A stretch of 64,000 bases of DNA from an uncultured Candidatus Binatia bacterium (GCA_964498075.1 CAZCGA010000013.1:8665-72664); one strand, 5' to 3'. Positions 38,636 to 47,987 are shown, counted from the stretch's first letter. The notes: a model not told the origin generated them from the sequence alone. Numbers and translations: made by a program.

Positions 38636-39010
38636 CTAGACATCACGCGCAATCGGCAGCAGCCGAATGCGCACCGCGGCATCTTCGACGGTGACGATGG
38701 CGCCTTGGCGGAGCGAGTCTTCAATGTCCGCCCAGCATTCGCTGAACCTGCGAAACAGCGCCTCGGGGTGGGTATTGCGCACCCGAAAGATGATGACCGA
38801 CGGACCTGCTACGCCGGAGAAGGCGAGCAGATGGCCGTAGTCCAGGTCGTGGGTGACGATGACTTCGCCACCCGCCTTTGCTGCCTTGATGATCTCCGGG
38901 TCCTCGGCTCGCTCCAGCCCGATGTCTTGCGCGTGTCGGCATGGATGCCCAGCCGCCACCAATCGCGGAGCCAACTGGGGCAGCACGTTCATGTTCAGCA
39001 GCAGCTTCAC
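38636..39010 (-). CDS. DUF5615-family PIN-like protein (putative toxin)
   Basis: The GTG start at 39010 overlaps the DUF433 stop (GTGA). '[32 protein letters not shown]...[14 protein letters not shown]...PSVIIFR' is present. Confidence 0.7.
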   Translation of the reverse strand: MKLLLNMNVLPQLAPRLVAAGHPCRHAQDIGLERAEDPEIIKAAKAGGEVIVTHDLDYGHLLAFSGVAGPSVIIFRVRNTHPEALFRRFSECWADIEDSLRQGAIVTVEDAAVRIRLLPIARDV

Positions 39011-39255
39011 GCCGCGGCCTCTGCGCGTGGCACAATGCGCTCCTCCATGGCCCACGCCGCGTAACCGAGTGCTTCGTAGACATCCTCACGCTCCAACTCG
39101 GGCCACTCGGCCAGGATCTCGTCGATCGTCATACCCGAGCTGAGATAGCTGAGGATCGAAGCCACCGGCATCCGCAGCCCGCGGATACAGGGCTTTCCAA
39201 AGCACTTGTTCGGGTCGAGTGTGATGCGCTGAAACCGATAATGACGGATCTCCAT
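39007..39255 (-). CDS. DUF433-family protein (putative antitoxin)
   Basis: '[57 protein letters not shown]' is the canonical DUF433 pattern. Confidence 0.8.
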   Translation of the reverse strand: MEIRHYRFQRITLDPNKCFGKPCIRGLRMPVASILSYLSSGMTIDEILAEWPELEREDVYEALGYAAWAMEERIVPRAEAAA

Positions 39256-39289
39256 GAGTCTTCTCCCGGTTGTGTCGCCAGTCTAGCAT

Positions 39290-39541
39290 GGCTGGCCCAC
39301 CGCGCAGCAACGAGCCGAACTTGTCGGTGAGCCTGCCGAAGCGGGCGCCCCAGAACGTCTCGTGGATTGCCATCCTGATCGTGCCGCCTTCACAGGGCTT
39401 GGCCCACACGCGGTTGTGTTTCTCGATGCTGTCGAGCGCTATGATCAACCCAATCGGCGAGCTGGGCGGCGCCGGCGGCTTTCCGAGCATGCCGTCAGAC
39501 GCCATGAACACCACGCCCTCGGCCTCGAACTCGGCATGCAC
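39290..39541 (-). pseudogene. 5'-truncated VOC/PhnB-like (glyoxalase-fold) gene fragment
   Basis: 'HAEFEAEGVVFMASD...EGGTIRMAIHETFWGARFGRLTDKFG' corresponds to the C-terminal two-thirds of PhnB-like proteins. The fragment begins exactly at repeat copy 2. Its 3' end reads through into the DUF433 gene. Confidence 0.45.
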
Positions 39542-39618
39542 ATATGCTGTCAGTACTCAGCTGTCAGCTCGGAGCGGTTCACGTTTCGCACAGGCGCGGA
39601 AGATTGCAGGCGAGATCG
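39536..39618. repeat. ~85-bp dispersed repeat, copy 2
   Basis: 'atgcacatatgctgtcagtactcagctgtcagctcggagcggttcacgt...' is in the same orientation as copy 1. Confidence 0.75.
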
Positions 39619-39812
39619 ACCAATCAACCACCGAGGCACCGAGCACGGAGAACCAGCCGTCCGCCTTCAGCAGTGCCCTTTAGCGGCAGGTCAGCCGGGC
39701 GCCGGTCTTTGAGAGCCCGCACTTCGGGCGGAGCGCGCCGCTCGGGTTGAACGCCAGGCTGCCGCACAGTCCGGCGTCAGTCTGCGCCGCTTCATCCAGC
39801 ACGACGAACACT

Positions 39813-39848
39813 CTCACCAGTGGTGGATTACATACTGTGGCGGCGCGG
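39813..39848. repeat. Right copy of 36-bp perfect direct repeat (island boundary)
   Basis: Identical to 31561-31596. Here it forms the authentic 3' end (last 11 codons plus stop) of the DinB-family CDS. Confidence 0.9.
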
Positions 39849-40386
39849 TCGCCTGGTCGTTGGCCTGAACCCGCTCGGACTGCGGCGGGCCCACCGGCGG
39901 CTTGCCCATCTCGGCGCAGATGCGGCGGATGTACTTGGTGTGCGAGTACTCGTGATTGATCATCCGCCGAAACACCTCCGCCGCTTCCATCGCGGCTTCG
40001 GGACTGCGGATGGCACGGAAACGCAGCCCCGCCAACCCCAGCGTGCGGGTACGCACGGCCTGCGCGTACTCGAGGATCGCCGCGCCTGACGGCAGGCGCG
40101 CGTCGCGGTTGTTGACGTTGTGCACACCGAACCCGTCCTGCAACGCTGGCGTCGCCAGCAGCAGCTGGCTGGCGGCGTTTGCCGCTTCCATGTCCTCGAC
40201 GAGCGCGATGTGGCCGAAATGGTAGCTGATACTGATCCCGTCCGGCCGCGGCGGCAGCCACAGCAGCTCGGCCTGCGACAGCGACTCGATCATGCTGTAC
40301 AAGTGCCCTCGCGCCGCGTGCAGCTCCTGGCAGAGGACGCTATAGGTCGGGGCAGCGGTTGCGTGCCCGGGTGACGTCTCGGCCAT
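39814..40386 (-). CDS. DinB-family (DinB_2-like) metal-dependent protein
   Basis: Start is the ATG at 40386 ('MAETSPGH...'). The His triad context is 'SYHFGHIALVED' and 'INHEYSHTKYI'. Confidence 0.65.
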   Translation of the reverse strand: MAETSPGHATAAPTYSVLCQELHAARGHLYSMIESLSQAELLWLPPRPDGISISYHFGHIALVEDMEAANAASQLLLATPALQDGFGVHNVNNRDARLPSGAAILEYAQAVRTRTLGLAGLRFRAIRSPEAAMEAAEVFRRMINHEYSHTKYIRRICAEMGKPPVGPPQSERVQANDQATAPPQYVIHHW

Positions 40387-40721
40387 TCGGCTACGCTTCC
40401 ACAACGCCGTGGCTCCAGCAAGCCTTCCGCCCCGGCGCTCGCACGATGTGTCAACCGATTCGGTGGCTGGTTCGTTCCACTCGTGAGGAGCGATCCGAAA
40501 TAGAAGCACGAATGCGCCTTCCCCCCCAACCCCCTTCGGACGCATTCTCAACCACGCGCCAGGCCCTGTCGGATGCCGTCGCCCCCCCGATACGTATTCG
40601 ACACCTGGCGCGTGGTCGTCCCGCCGGATCCTTCAGTGGAGGCGCGGCCGCGCCGATCGATCTGTCAACCGCCGCCGGCGCTCGTTCGCGTCCAACACCA
40701 AGCCGCGGAGAAGATCATCGG

Positions 40722-41252
40722 TTGAAAAACGCGACCGACAGTCCCGTGGACTACGACGACTTGTACCGAGCCCACCACGCGCGCGTCCTGCGGCTGTGCC
40801 GGCTCCTGCTCTCGGATCCCCACGAGGCCGACGACGTGAGTCAGGAAGTCTTCTTGAAGCTGCTGCGTCAGCAGCGAACCGTCGGACGGTCGTTTGCCTC
40901 GCACGCATCACCGCCGCGTGTGCTGCCGCGTCCAGTCTTCGGCGCGTCGGTGAGCTGGGCGACTGCGGCCGCGGCGCTCATACTGCTGGTCGGGTTCGCA
41001 TGGGGTGTGGGGTGGTGGGTGAGCGACGAGCCGGTGTCGCTGGCCACACGCACGGCCAACGTCTCGGCGTTCGCGGCGGACGTGTCTGCAGCGCTGTTTG
41101 CGACGAACGACGCGACCGGGCTCTTGCAGCTGGCCTCCGACGCACCAGACTTGCAAGCGGCGCTCGAAGCCGGATGGCCGTGCACGCAGGCGCGTTTCCT
41201 CAACGGAGAGTGTGATGACCAGGTGTCTGCCCTCTTCTTCGAGGGACAGTGA
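40722..41252 (+). pseudogene. ECF sigma-factor region-2 fragment fused to an anti-sigma-like TM/periplasmic segment
   Basis: A possible TTG start at 40722 follows 'ggag'. 'YDDLYRAHHARVLRLCRLLLSDPHEADDVSQEVFLKLLRQ' is sigma70_r2. There are no regions 2.3-4. A TM helix 'WATAAAALILLVGFAWGVGWWV' follows. Confidence 0.35.
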
Positions 41253-41268
41253 ACAAAGGAGTAGTCTC

Positions 41269-41769
41269 ATGAAGCGCTCGAATGCTTTGTTGGTCAGCCT
41301 GATTGCTGCCAGCCTGTGGTCGACGGCGGCTCACGCACAGCCGATGGGCCCGCCGCCAATGATGGGGCGGGGACACATGGGCCACATGGAGCTCGGGGAA
41401 GGCCCCGGCATGATGATGCCCCTGGTGCTCCAGCACGCGAATCTCACACCGGACCAGAGCGATCAGGTCCACAAGATCATGGAAGCGGATCATGAAACGC
41501 TGCGGACGCTGTTCGCGCAGTTGCATGCCGCCAACGATCAGTTCGGCGATAAGCTGTTTGCTCCTGGCAATCTGCAAGCGGCGGATCTGACGCCGCAGAT
41601 CCAACGCATCATGCAGCTGCGGCAGCAGCTCATGGAGCAAGGGATGAAGACGGCGCTGGCCATCCGCGCCGTGCTGACGCCGGAACAATTGGCCAAGGTG
41701 GCGCAGCTCAAGGACCGGATGCAGAAGCTGCAGACCGAGATGCGCAGTATCTTCGAAGCGAAGGACTAG
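41269..41769 (+). CDS. Spy/CpxP-family periplasmic protein (LTXXQ motifs)
   Basis: Signal peptide 'LLVSLIAASLWSTAAHAQP'. It has a Met/Gly/His-rich stretch and two LTXXQ motifs, 'LTPDQ' and 'LTPEQ'. Confidence 0.7.
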   Translation: MKRSNALLVSLIAASLWSTAAHAQPMGPPPMMGRGHMGHMELGEGPGMMMPLVLQHANLTPDQSDQVHKIMEADHETLRTLFAQLHAANDQFGDKLFAPGNLQAADLTPQIQRIMQLRQQLMEQGMKTALAIRAVLTPEQLAKVAQLKDRMQKLQTEMRSIFEAKD

Positions 41770-41821
41770 CGACGCGGCGGCATGATCGCAGGGGGAGCTG
41801 GGGCCGAAAGTCCTGAGTGAA

Positions 41822-44800
41822 CTAGCGGCACGTCAGCACGTTGCCGCCAAAGGAGAACTTGCAGGCTGGCTTCGGACCGCCCGTCGGGTTGAAAGCGCCG
41901 ATCGCGCATGGTCGCTGACCGCACTGCGCTCCCAGGATTGCTGAGACGCGCACCGGCGCCTCGCCGGCCGCGACCTGGAAATCGTTGCCCTTGCCGCGCA
42001 CGCTGATTGTGAATCGCCCCGGCGTCTTTGCGGTCTTGTCCCAAATCACCACGCGGCGGATGCCGCCGGCGAGCGTGCCGGCGCTATCGCCGAACGTCCA
42101 CCGGGTATGGGCCCTATTGACCACCCAGCCCGGAGCCTTGAGGCCCGGGCGCGCACCGGGCGGTACGGTGCGCGTGAAGAGCGGTACGCCGTTGCTGTCT
42201 TCCACCGTGAAGCTGAAGCCTTCGGTCACCGGATCGATCGGGGTCTTCGCCACACCCACCTTCACCTCGCCGGACAGCGACAGCGTCTCATCCCCGGAGG
42301 GGTCCAGATCCTTGCCGATACGTATCCGCTGTTTGCCCATCGGCACGCTCAGCGCATCGGCAGGATCAGTGCCCAGATCGACCTCATCGGTATCGAAGGT
42401 GCCATCTTCATCTCGATCCAAGGCCGCCCGCCGGCCGGATCCCGGCGGTACGCAGGTGTACGTCAGCTCTTGCCCGGGCGTGTTGGCGAGGGCGCGCAGG
42501 GAAGCGTCAGTCAGAAACAACTCGGAGGCACGATCGCTCTGGAAGTCCCCCAAGGCGAAGAGCTTCGTCCAGCCGCGCTGCTCACCGGCGACCGTGCCCT
42601 TGACGACGACCTCGCATTCAACCTTCGCGGCGCGGGCAAGCAGGAGATCGATGCGCGGACCCGCGACGGCGGCGTTGGTGCTGGTCAGCGTCACCTGCTG
42701 GCCGACGATCGGCGCCAGGTTGCTGTCGAACGCGAGCATGAACTCATCGACCTGACGGCGTTGGGGATCGCCGCCGGGGAATTGGAAGACTCCCCCATTG
42801 TGGAAGGTGAGCAGTGTGTCCACCGCACCGTCGTGGAGAAAGCCAAAGCCGCGCACTTGATCGCCCATGAAAGGGCCGCCGCCGGAGAAGCCGAACATGC
42901 CGACCTTCTGGTAGAGGTTGCGCAGGTGCGGAATCTTGAGGTGTTGAGGCTCTCCCTCGAAGGTGGAGAAGCCATCGCCGCCGAAGAAGCCCGCCGCGGG
43001 GTCCAGACGGTGACATCCGTTACAGTTGAAAACGGTGTCCGATATCGGTCCGAAAAAGAAGTCGTGCCCCGCTTGCTGGTCGGGTGTGAGCGAGTTGTCC
43101 AACGGACGCACCGGATTCGGCGGGTAGGTGACCTGCAGAATGAAATCCGTGAACGCTTGCATCTCTGGGTCCGTCAGCGGCCCGCTCCGTCCAAGCAGGC
43201 CGGCGAACGCGACGTTGAACTTCTTGAAGGCGGCGTTCTCATCGAGCGGGTTGCCGCCGGTATCGTTGCCGCCGGTGCGGTCGCCGCGCCAGTGCATCGG
43301 TCCGTGATTGGCCATCCCACGCAAGCTCTGCGTGGTCATCGGCCCCTTCATGGGATGGAAGTCCGGATTGCCGAACGGGCCGAGGCGAAATGGATTCGGA
43401 TTGTTCAACACGACGTCGTCGGGATTCCCTAGGTCCCAGGCCAGGCTGTCGAAGTCGCCGAAGATGTGGCAGCTGGCGCAGGCGGTCTCGCCGTTGCTCG
43501 AGGTCAAGAACGCGTCGTATAGAAAGCGCCGCCCATTGACGACGCTGGCGGGCTCGGGGTTATGCAAAGACACGTGCGCCTGCTCGCTACGACTCACGGT
43601 ATCGACCACCGAGACGGAGTTGTCGAAGCGGGTCATGACGTAGAGGCGGCTGCGGGCTTCGTCGAGAGCCAGTCCGCTCGGGCCGCCACCGCTGACGAGG
43701 ATGTGGTCTGCGGCGTTGGGTACGAACGAATCGGCTTCGAGCGCCGCTGTGCTGAAGACACCGACCTTACTCGAGCCGAAGGCCGCGACGTAGAGCGTCG
43801 CCCCGTCGTTGCTCACGGCCATGCCGAGCGGCGTTGCCAGGCTGTCGTCCTTCACACCGGCCGGGCTTGGGACAACGCTGTAGTTGATGTGCTTGTTCAG
43901 GTGCCGCGGCAGCACGCTGCTGCCGTCGAGGACAGTGATCCGTGCTTCATGCAGGTGACCACGCACCGTGCTGCCGCCGAAGATGCCGGGCCCTTCGAAG
44001 CGCACCTCGTTGCGCGCCTCGCCGTTGGTGACGTAAACCCTGCCGCTCACCGGGTTCGCCGCCATGTTGAAAATGATCGTCCCCACGCCGCTGAAGGAGC
44101 TCGCTTCCACCGGCGGGTTGGCGGTGGCGTCGATGGCAAAGACGTCTTTGTCCGGCAGCGAGAAGTGCACCGCATTGCTCCAGTTGCGGCCCAGCTCGTC
44201 CTCCCAATGACTGCTCCCGGGGTTGAACTTCACGATCAGCCCGGTCTCGGGGTGCGGGATGCCTTGCACGTTCACGTCGGGTCCCGGCGACCCGCCCGGC
44301 ATCGTTTGGCCACCGACGACGCACGGTCCGGCGCTCGCACCACCGTCGCAGACCGCGCCTTCAAAGACGGCCGTCGTTTGGTTGCCTGAGTGGAAGACGG
44401 CGGCGTAGACGGTGTTGCCGTCCGGGCTGACGGTCAGTGCCCGCGGCGTGTCGCCGAACAGGGTGACGATGCTGAGCGGCGTGCCGCCGAGCGAGGCGCC
44501 GAGGCTGAGGGCATCGAACACCCACACGTCGGCGCGGTCCACGCCGGGTGTCATCAGCTGCGGGTCGCCGGGACGGTTTTGTCCGCGATGCGCCGTCGTA
44601 ATGAAGGCGCGGTTGCCGCCCGGACCGGCGAAGACGATGTCACGCGGCTCGTCGCCGACGAGCAGGGTGCGGACGACACGCGGCGGTGTCGCCGCCACGT
44701 TCACGATGCTGACGCTGTCCGAGAGGTGATTGACGACCCAGACCTCGCCGTTCGTCCGCGCGGCGATGGCAACCGGCTCGAGACCAACCGCTACGGACCC

Positions 44801-45073
44801 GCTGTGCGTGATGCCGCCCGCGCCGACGGCGAATATCTCCAGCCGGTTGTCCGGAGTATTGACGGCGAACAGGCGGGTGCCGTCGGGCGACATGGTCAGC
44901 GGACGGACCTGGCCGCTTTCGAACGTGACGAACGAGCCCGCATGCGCTGGTCCGGCACCGACGAGCCCGCACGACAGCAACAGTAGGCCCGTGGCTCTTC
45001 TGAGTGCCGGACAACGCCCGCGTAATCGCATCATGCTCCTCCTGAACCCACGAAAATGTCGATGTATGTTCAT
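41822..45073 (-). CDS. Secreted 1,083-aa fusion: YVTN-type beta-propeller + di-haem cytochrome c peroxidase (CCP/MauG)-like module + TSP3-like/Cys-rich C-terminal region
   Basis: Signal '[18 protein letters not shown]'. Propeller blades include '[16 protein letters not shown]', '[12 protein letters not shown]' and '[15 protein letters not shown]'. Haem motifs are CASCH (nt ~43466-43480) and CNGCH (~43010-43024), with 'IPHLRNL...[10 protein letters not shown]'. '[21 protein letters not shown]' is also present. Confidence 0.75.
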   Translation of the reverse strand: MNIHRHFRGFRRSMMRLRGRCPALRRATGLLLLSCGLVGAGPAHAGSFVTFESGQVRPLTMSPDGTRLFAVNTPDNRLEIFAVGAGGITHSGSVAVGLEPVAIAARTNGEVWVVNHLSDSVSIVNVAATPPRVVRTLLVGDEPRDIVFAGPGGNRAFITTAHRGQNRPGDPQLMTPGVDRADVWVFDALSLGASLGGTPLSIVTLFGDTPRALTVSPDGNTVYAAVFHSGNQTTAVFEGAVCDGGASAGPCVVGGQTMPGGSPGPDVNVQGIPHPETGLIVKFNPGSSHWEDELGRNWSNAVHFSLPDKDVFAIDATANPPVEASSFSGVGTIIFNMAANPVSGRVYVTNGEARNEVRFEGPGIFGGSTVRGHLHEARITVLDGSSVLPRHLNKHINYSVVPSPAGVKDDSLATPLGMAVSNDGATLYVAAFGSSKVGVFSTAALEADSFVPNAADHILVSGGGPSGLALDEARSRLYVMTRFDNSVSVVDTVSRSEQAHVSLHNPEPASVVNGRRFLYDAFLTSSNGETACASCHIFGDFDSLAWDLGNPDDVVLNNPNPFRLGPFGNPDFHPMKGPMTTQSLRGMANHGPMHWRGDRTGGNDTGGNPLDENAAFKKFNVAFAGLLGRSGPLTDPEMQAFTDFILQVTYPPNPVRPLDNSLTPDQQAGHDFFFGPISDTVFNCNGCHRLDPAAGFFGGDGFSTFEGEPQHLKIPHLRNLYQKVGMFGFSGGGPFMGDQVRGFGFLHDGAVDTLLTFHNGGVFQFPGGDPQRRQVDEFMLAFDSNLAPIVGQQVTLTSTNAAVAGPRIDLLLARAAKVECEVVVKGTVAGEQRGWTKLFALGDFQSDRASELFLTDASLRALANTPGQELTYTCVPPGSGRRAALDRDEDGTFDTDEVDLGTDPADALSVPMGKQRIRIGKDLDPSGDETLSLSGEVKVGVAKTPIDPVTEGFSFTVEDSNGVPLFTRTVPPGARPGLKAPGWVVNRAHTRWTFGDSAGTLAGGIRRVVIWDKTAKTPGRFTISVRGKGNDFQVAAGEAPVRVSAILGAQCGQRPCAIGAFNPTGGPKPACKFSFGGNVLTCR

Positions 45074-45275
45074 CTACCATCGGACCACCGCATACGACAA
45101 TCCAGATTCGCGCTGCATGTCGAACCGCGAGTGCATCCTGGCGAAATTACGGTCTGTCCGTTGCACGCCCCCGCCACCATCGGTCTACAGACCTTCGCCG
45201 ATCCTTCAACATTCTAGCAGAACTACCGCCGGCAGCGCTGGTATTTTTCACGCGCTCGCCGCACTATGCGGAGCC

Positions 45276-46049
45276 ATGGCAGCGCAGCATGCGTGGCGCA
45301 CGGCAATCGTGACCGGGGCGGCGAGCGGGATCGGGCGATCGTTTGCCGAAACCCTCGCCGGTCAAGGCAGCGTGGTGGGACTGCTCGACGTGTCGGCCGC
45401 CGGACTCACGACGGTGGCGGAGGCGATTCGCGGCAAGGGTGGACGTGCGGAAACGCGCGTCGCGGACGTCAGTGCAGCGGAGCAAGTGCGCGACGCGGTC
45501 GCCGAGCTCACGTCCAAACTTGGTGGCCTGGACCTCGTCGTGCACTGCGCTGCGATCCTCGGGCCCGGGCATTTCGCGGAGCAGACGGCGGAAGCCTTCG
45601 AGCGGGTGCTGCGCATCGACCTGCTCGGCACCGCCAACGTTGTACGCGCCGCGCTGCCGGCGCTACGGCAGTCGCGCGGCTCGATTGCCTGCCTTGCCTC
45701 GACCGCTGCCGTGCACGGTTGGCCGGGGTTGGGTGCCTACTCCGCCGCCAAGTTCGGGGTGGCGGGTTTCTGCGATGCGGTGCGTCCGGAGCTGGCGCGC
45801 GACGGCGTGGCGCTCACGGCGGTGTTTCCGCTGCTGATCGACACACCGCTGCTGGCCGGCGCGGACATTCCGCCCATCTTGAAGCAGGGGCGGCGGCTGC
45901 CGCCCGCCGCGGTCGTACGGAAGACGCTGGCCGGCGTGGCGCGGCGGCGCCCGCGGGTTTTCATCCCGGGCAGCGTGCGGCTGGTCGCGGCGCTCCACGG
46001 CCTGGCCCCGTCGGTGCTCGATTGGTACGGGCGCCGGTTTGGGTTCTAA
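45276..46049 (+). CDS. SDR-family oxidoreductase
   Basis: The ATG at 45276 gives 'TAIVTGAASGIGRSFA' (TGxxxGxG). Catalytic 'YSAAKFGV' (YxxxK). Confidence 0.85.
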   Translation: MAAQHAWRTAIVTGAASGIGRSFAETLAGQGSVVGLLDVSAAGLTTVAEAIRGKGGRAETRVADVSAAEQVRDAVAELTSKLGGLDLVVHCAAILGPGHFAEQTAEAFERVLRIDLLGTANVVRAALPALRQSRGSIACLASTAAVHGWPGLGAYSAAKFGVAGFCDAVRPELARDGVALTAVFPLLIDTPLLAGADIPPILKQGRRLPPAAVVRKTLAGVARRRPRVFIPGSVRLVAALHGLAPSVLDWYGRRFGF

Positions 46050-46066
46050 CGCGGCGCGGTCGTATT

Positions 46067-46165
46067 GGCGAGGCATTTCCCCTCGGTCGCAGACGCAGCC
46101 GATGTCGCGCTGCGTCGCGTCGAACGAGCGGACGACGCAGCGAACCCGACCGGAAATGCCTCGCC
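46067..46165. terminator. Nested inverted repeats in a convergent intergenic region (possible bidirectional terminator or structured element)
   Basis: A perfect 14-bp inverted repeat, 'ggcgaggcatttcc' (46067-46080) / 'ggaaatgcctcgcc' (46152-46165), encloses the hairpin 'gacgcagc' (46092-46099) / 'gctgcgtc' (46109-46116). There is no U-tract. Confidence 0.3.
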
Positions 46166-46175
46166 CCTACTCGCC

Positions 46176-46529
46176 CTACGTCACCCAGCCCCACTTACGC
46201 TTGTTGGCTTCGATCTGCTCCGACGTCGGCTTCGGCAGCTGCTCATGCTTGCAGACCTCGAAGTCGCTCATCTGCTCCATGATCTTGTAGTTCAGCGGTG
46301 AGTCGTCCTTGAACACGTCCGGGACGGCGGCTTCTTCGAAGATCGTCTGCCACGGGCATTCAGGCTCGCACGCACCGCAGTCGATGCATTCGTCGGGGTG
46401 GATGTACAGCTGGTTTGGAAAGGTCGCCGCATCTTGCCCCGTGTAGCGGTAGATACAGTCGACCGGGCAGACCGCGACGCACGCGGTATCGACACAGTCT
46501 CTGCACAGCCGGGTAATAATGTACGTCAT
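46176..46529 (-). CDS. Ferredoxin (7Fe/2x[4Fe-4S]-type)
   Basis: '[27 protein letters not shown]' and '[12 protein letters not shown]' cluster motifs. Confidence 0.85.
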   Translation of the reverse strand: MTYIITRLCRDCVDTACVAVCPVDCIYRYTGQDAATFPNQLYIHPDECIDCGACEPECPWQTIFEEAAVPDVFKDDSPLNYKIMEQMSDFEVCKHEQLPKPTSEQIEANKRKWGWVT

Positions 46530-46540
46530 CGCCTCCTCCT

Positions 46541-47011
46541 TCAGGCCACTTTGGGAGCGGGTCCCACGCCGCGGGACGATCGAACGCGCAGACGTTGCAC
46601 CAACCCCTTGCGATCCGCGATGTCGCCGATGGAGATGTTATCGAGGTAGTTGCCCAACAGCTCCTGGGCGCCGCTCCACACGTCAATCTGGGTACACACA
46701 GATGCAAAACAGCAGAAGCCCTCGCGCCGGTCAACACACTCAATCAACGACAGACGTCCCTCGACGCCTTCGTAGACCGCGCGCACCGAGATCTGGGCGG
46801 CGGGGCGGCCGAGGCGGAAGCCGCCACGTGCGCCGGGCACGGAGGCGAGGAAGCCCGCGCCGACCAGGGCGCGCAGGATCTTCGAGAGAAAGTGCGGCGG
46901 GATGTTCTGCCGCCGCTGGATCTCGCTGCGCGGGATGACGCGTTCGGGCGGCTGCGCCGCCAGGTAGCAGAGGGCGCGGATGGCGTAGTCGACGCGCCGG
47001 CCGACGTTCAT
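46541..47011 (-). CDS. Rrf2-family transcriptional regulator (probable Fe-S cluster-binding)
   Basis: Start at the ATG at 47011 gives '[18 protein letters not shown]'. wHTH segment '[28 protein letters not shown]'. Cys cluster '[15 protein letters not shown]'. Confidence 0.8.
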   Translation of the reverse strand: MNVGRRVDYAIRALCYLAAQPPERVIPRSEIQRRQNIPPHFLSKILRALVGAGFLASVPGARGGFRLGRPAAQISVRAVYEGVEGRLSLIECVDRREGFCCFASVCTQIDVWSGAQELLGNYLDNISIGDIADRKGLVQRLRVRSSRGVGPAPKVA

Positions 47012-47271
47012 GATCGAGCTGCGATGGACGTTCAGGCGTACCGGCGTGCCGCGCTGTCTGAGCTTCGGCAGCGGCTTCTTAGTGGGCAAGACCATCCTCC
47101 GGCAACGCCGCAGCGCGGCGCATCAGCTCTGGAACATCGAGCATCGGCGCGGAATATAGAGTCCTAAGCTCCGCAATGTCAACGCGCTGCGCGCTGTACA
47201 GCGACGCCCTTTATGAGTACTGTGCCGCGCGAACGGGAGTCTGCGAAGCCACCTGGTGGGAGGGAGGAACC

Positions 47272-47427
47272 ATGGAGAAGGGATCGTACACGTCCGGCCT
47301 CATCGGTGCGCTCTGCGGCGTGCTCATCGCGCTGCTGGCAATCAGCATGGGCGCCGCCAGCGTGCTGATGTTCGGCGGTGGGGACGAGGGCCACGCCGTG
47401 CACGGCGGCGCGAGCGAGCATCACTGA
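47272..47427 (+). CDS. Small (51-aa) membrane peptide with His-rich tail
   Basis: A strong RBS 'gggagggagg' lies 6 nt upstream. There is one TM helix 'LIGALCGVLIALLAISMGAASVLMF', then 'GGGDEGHAVHGGASEHH'. It is divergent from the Rrf2 operon. Confidence 0.35.
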   Translation: MEKGSYTSGLIGALCGVLIALLAISMGAASVLMFGGGDEGHAVHGGASEHH

Positions 47428-47441
47428 ACGCCGCGGGCTCG

Positions 47442-47987
47442 CTATTCCTCCGGCACGGCGAAGATCGTCATACCGTAGCCGACGTAGCCGAGCCCTACAG
47501 CACGCTGGTAGCCGATCTCTACGCGTTGAAACCTTGGGGGAGCATCGAGGGTGAAGCTTCCCGGCGGTCCAGTTCCCGTCAGCTCGACGTCGTCACCGCT
47601 GATGGTGACTCTCGCTGTCATGGTGAGCGGCGACGCCGGGTGGAGAGTGCTGACCGATATCGTCCCGACGTTCCCCTGACCTTGGATGAGGTACGGCCCA
47701 GCGCTGAACTCCAGGCGGGTGATGCGAAACGAGAACCGCGTGTTCGGGGAAGTCGGCTGGTTGCGGACCACCTCGAACGTTCCTCGGAGCGTGTATACGG
47801 CGGGCGGGCGCGTCGGCGATGGACCGGAAACTCCGAATCGGCTCCCGGTCCGATCGAAAGGCTGCCTTGCCTCCAGCAATCGGTATGTGATGACGCTGGA
47901 GGAAGTCTGATTGTCGTTGCCAGATTCATCACCACCCCATGCCGCGAGGAACAGGAGCGCGAGGATCAGTTTCGGTCGAGCGTTCAT
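47442..47987 (-). CDS. Small secreted hypothetical protein
   Basis: The ATG at 47987 overlaps the stop of the upstream repeat-protein gene. Signal-like 'MNARPKLILALLFLAAWGG'. The body is beta-rich and I recognise no motif. Confidence 0.5.
   Translation of the reverse strand: MNARPKLILALLFLAAWGGDESGNDNQTSSSVITYRLLEARQPFDRTGSRFGVSGPSPTRPPAVYTLRGTFEVVRNQPTSPNTRFSFRITRLEFSAGPYLIQGQGNVGTISVSTLHPASPLTMTARVTISGDDVELTGTGPPGSFTLDAPPRFQRVEIGYQRAVGLGYVGYGMTIFAVPEE

Noticed and set aside
40359-40721. The upstream 120 codons of the 297-aa ORF containing the sigma fragment.
   Set aside because: It overlaps the DinB-family gene start on the opposite strand and has no protein-like pattern. Sigma-region homology begins only at about nt 40750.
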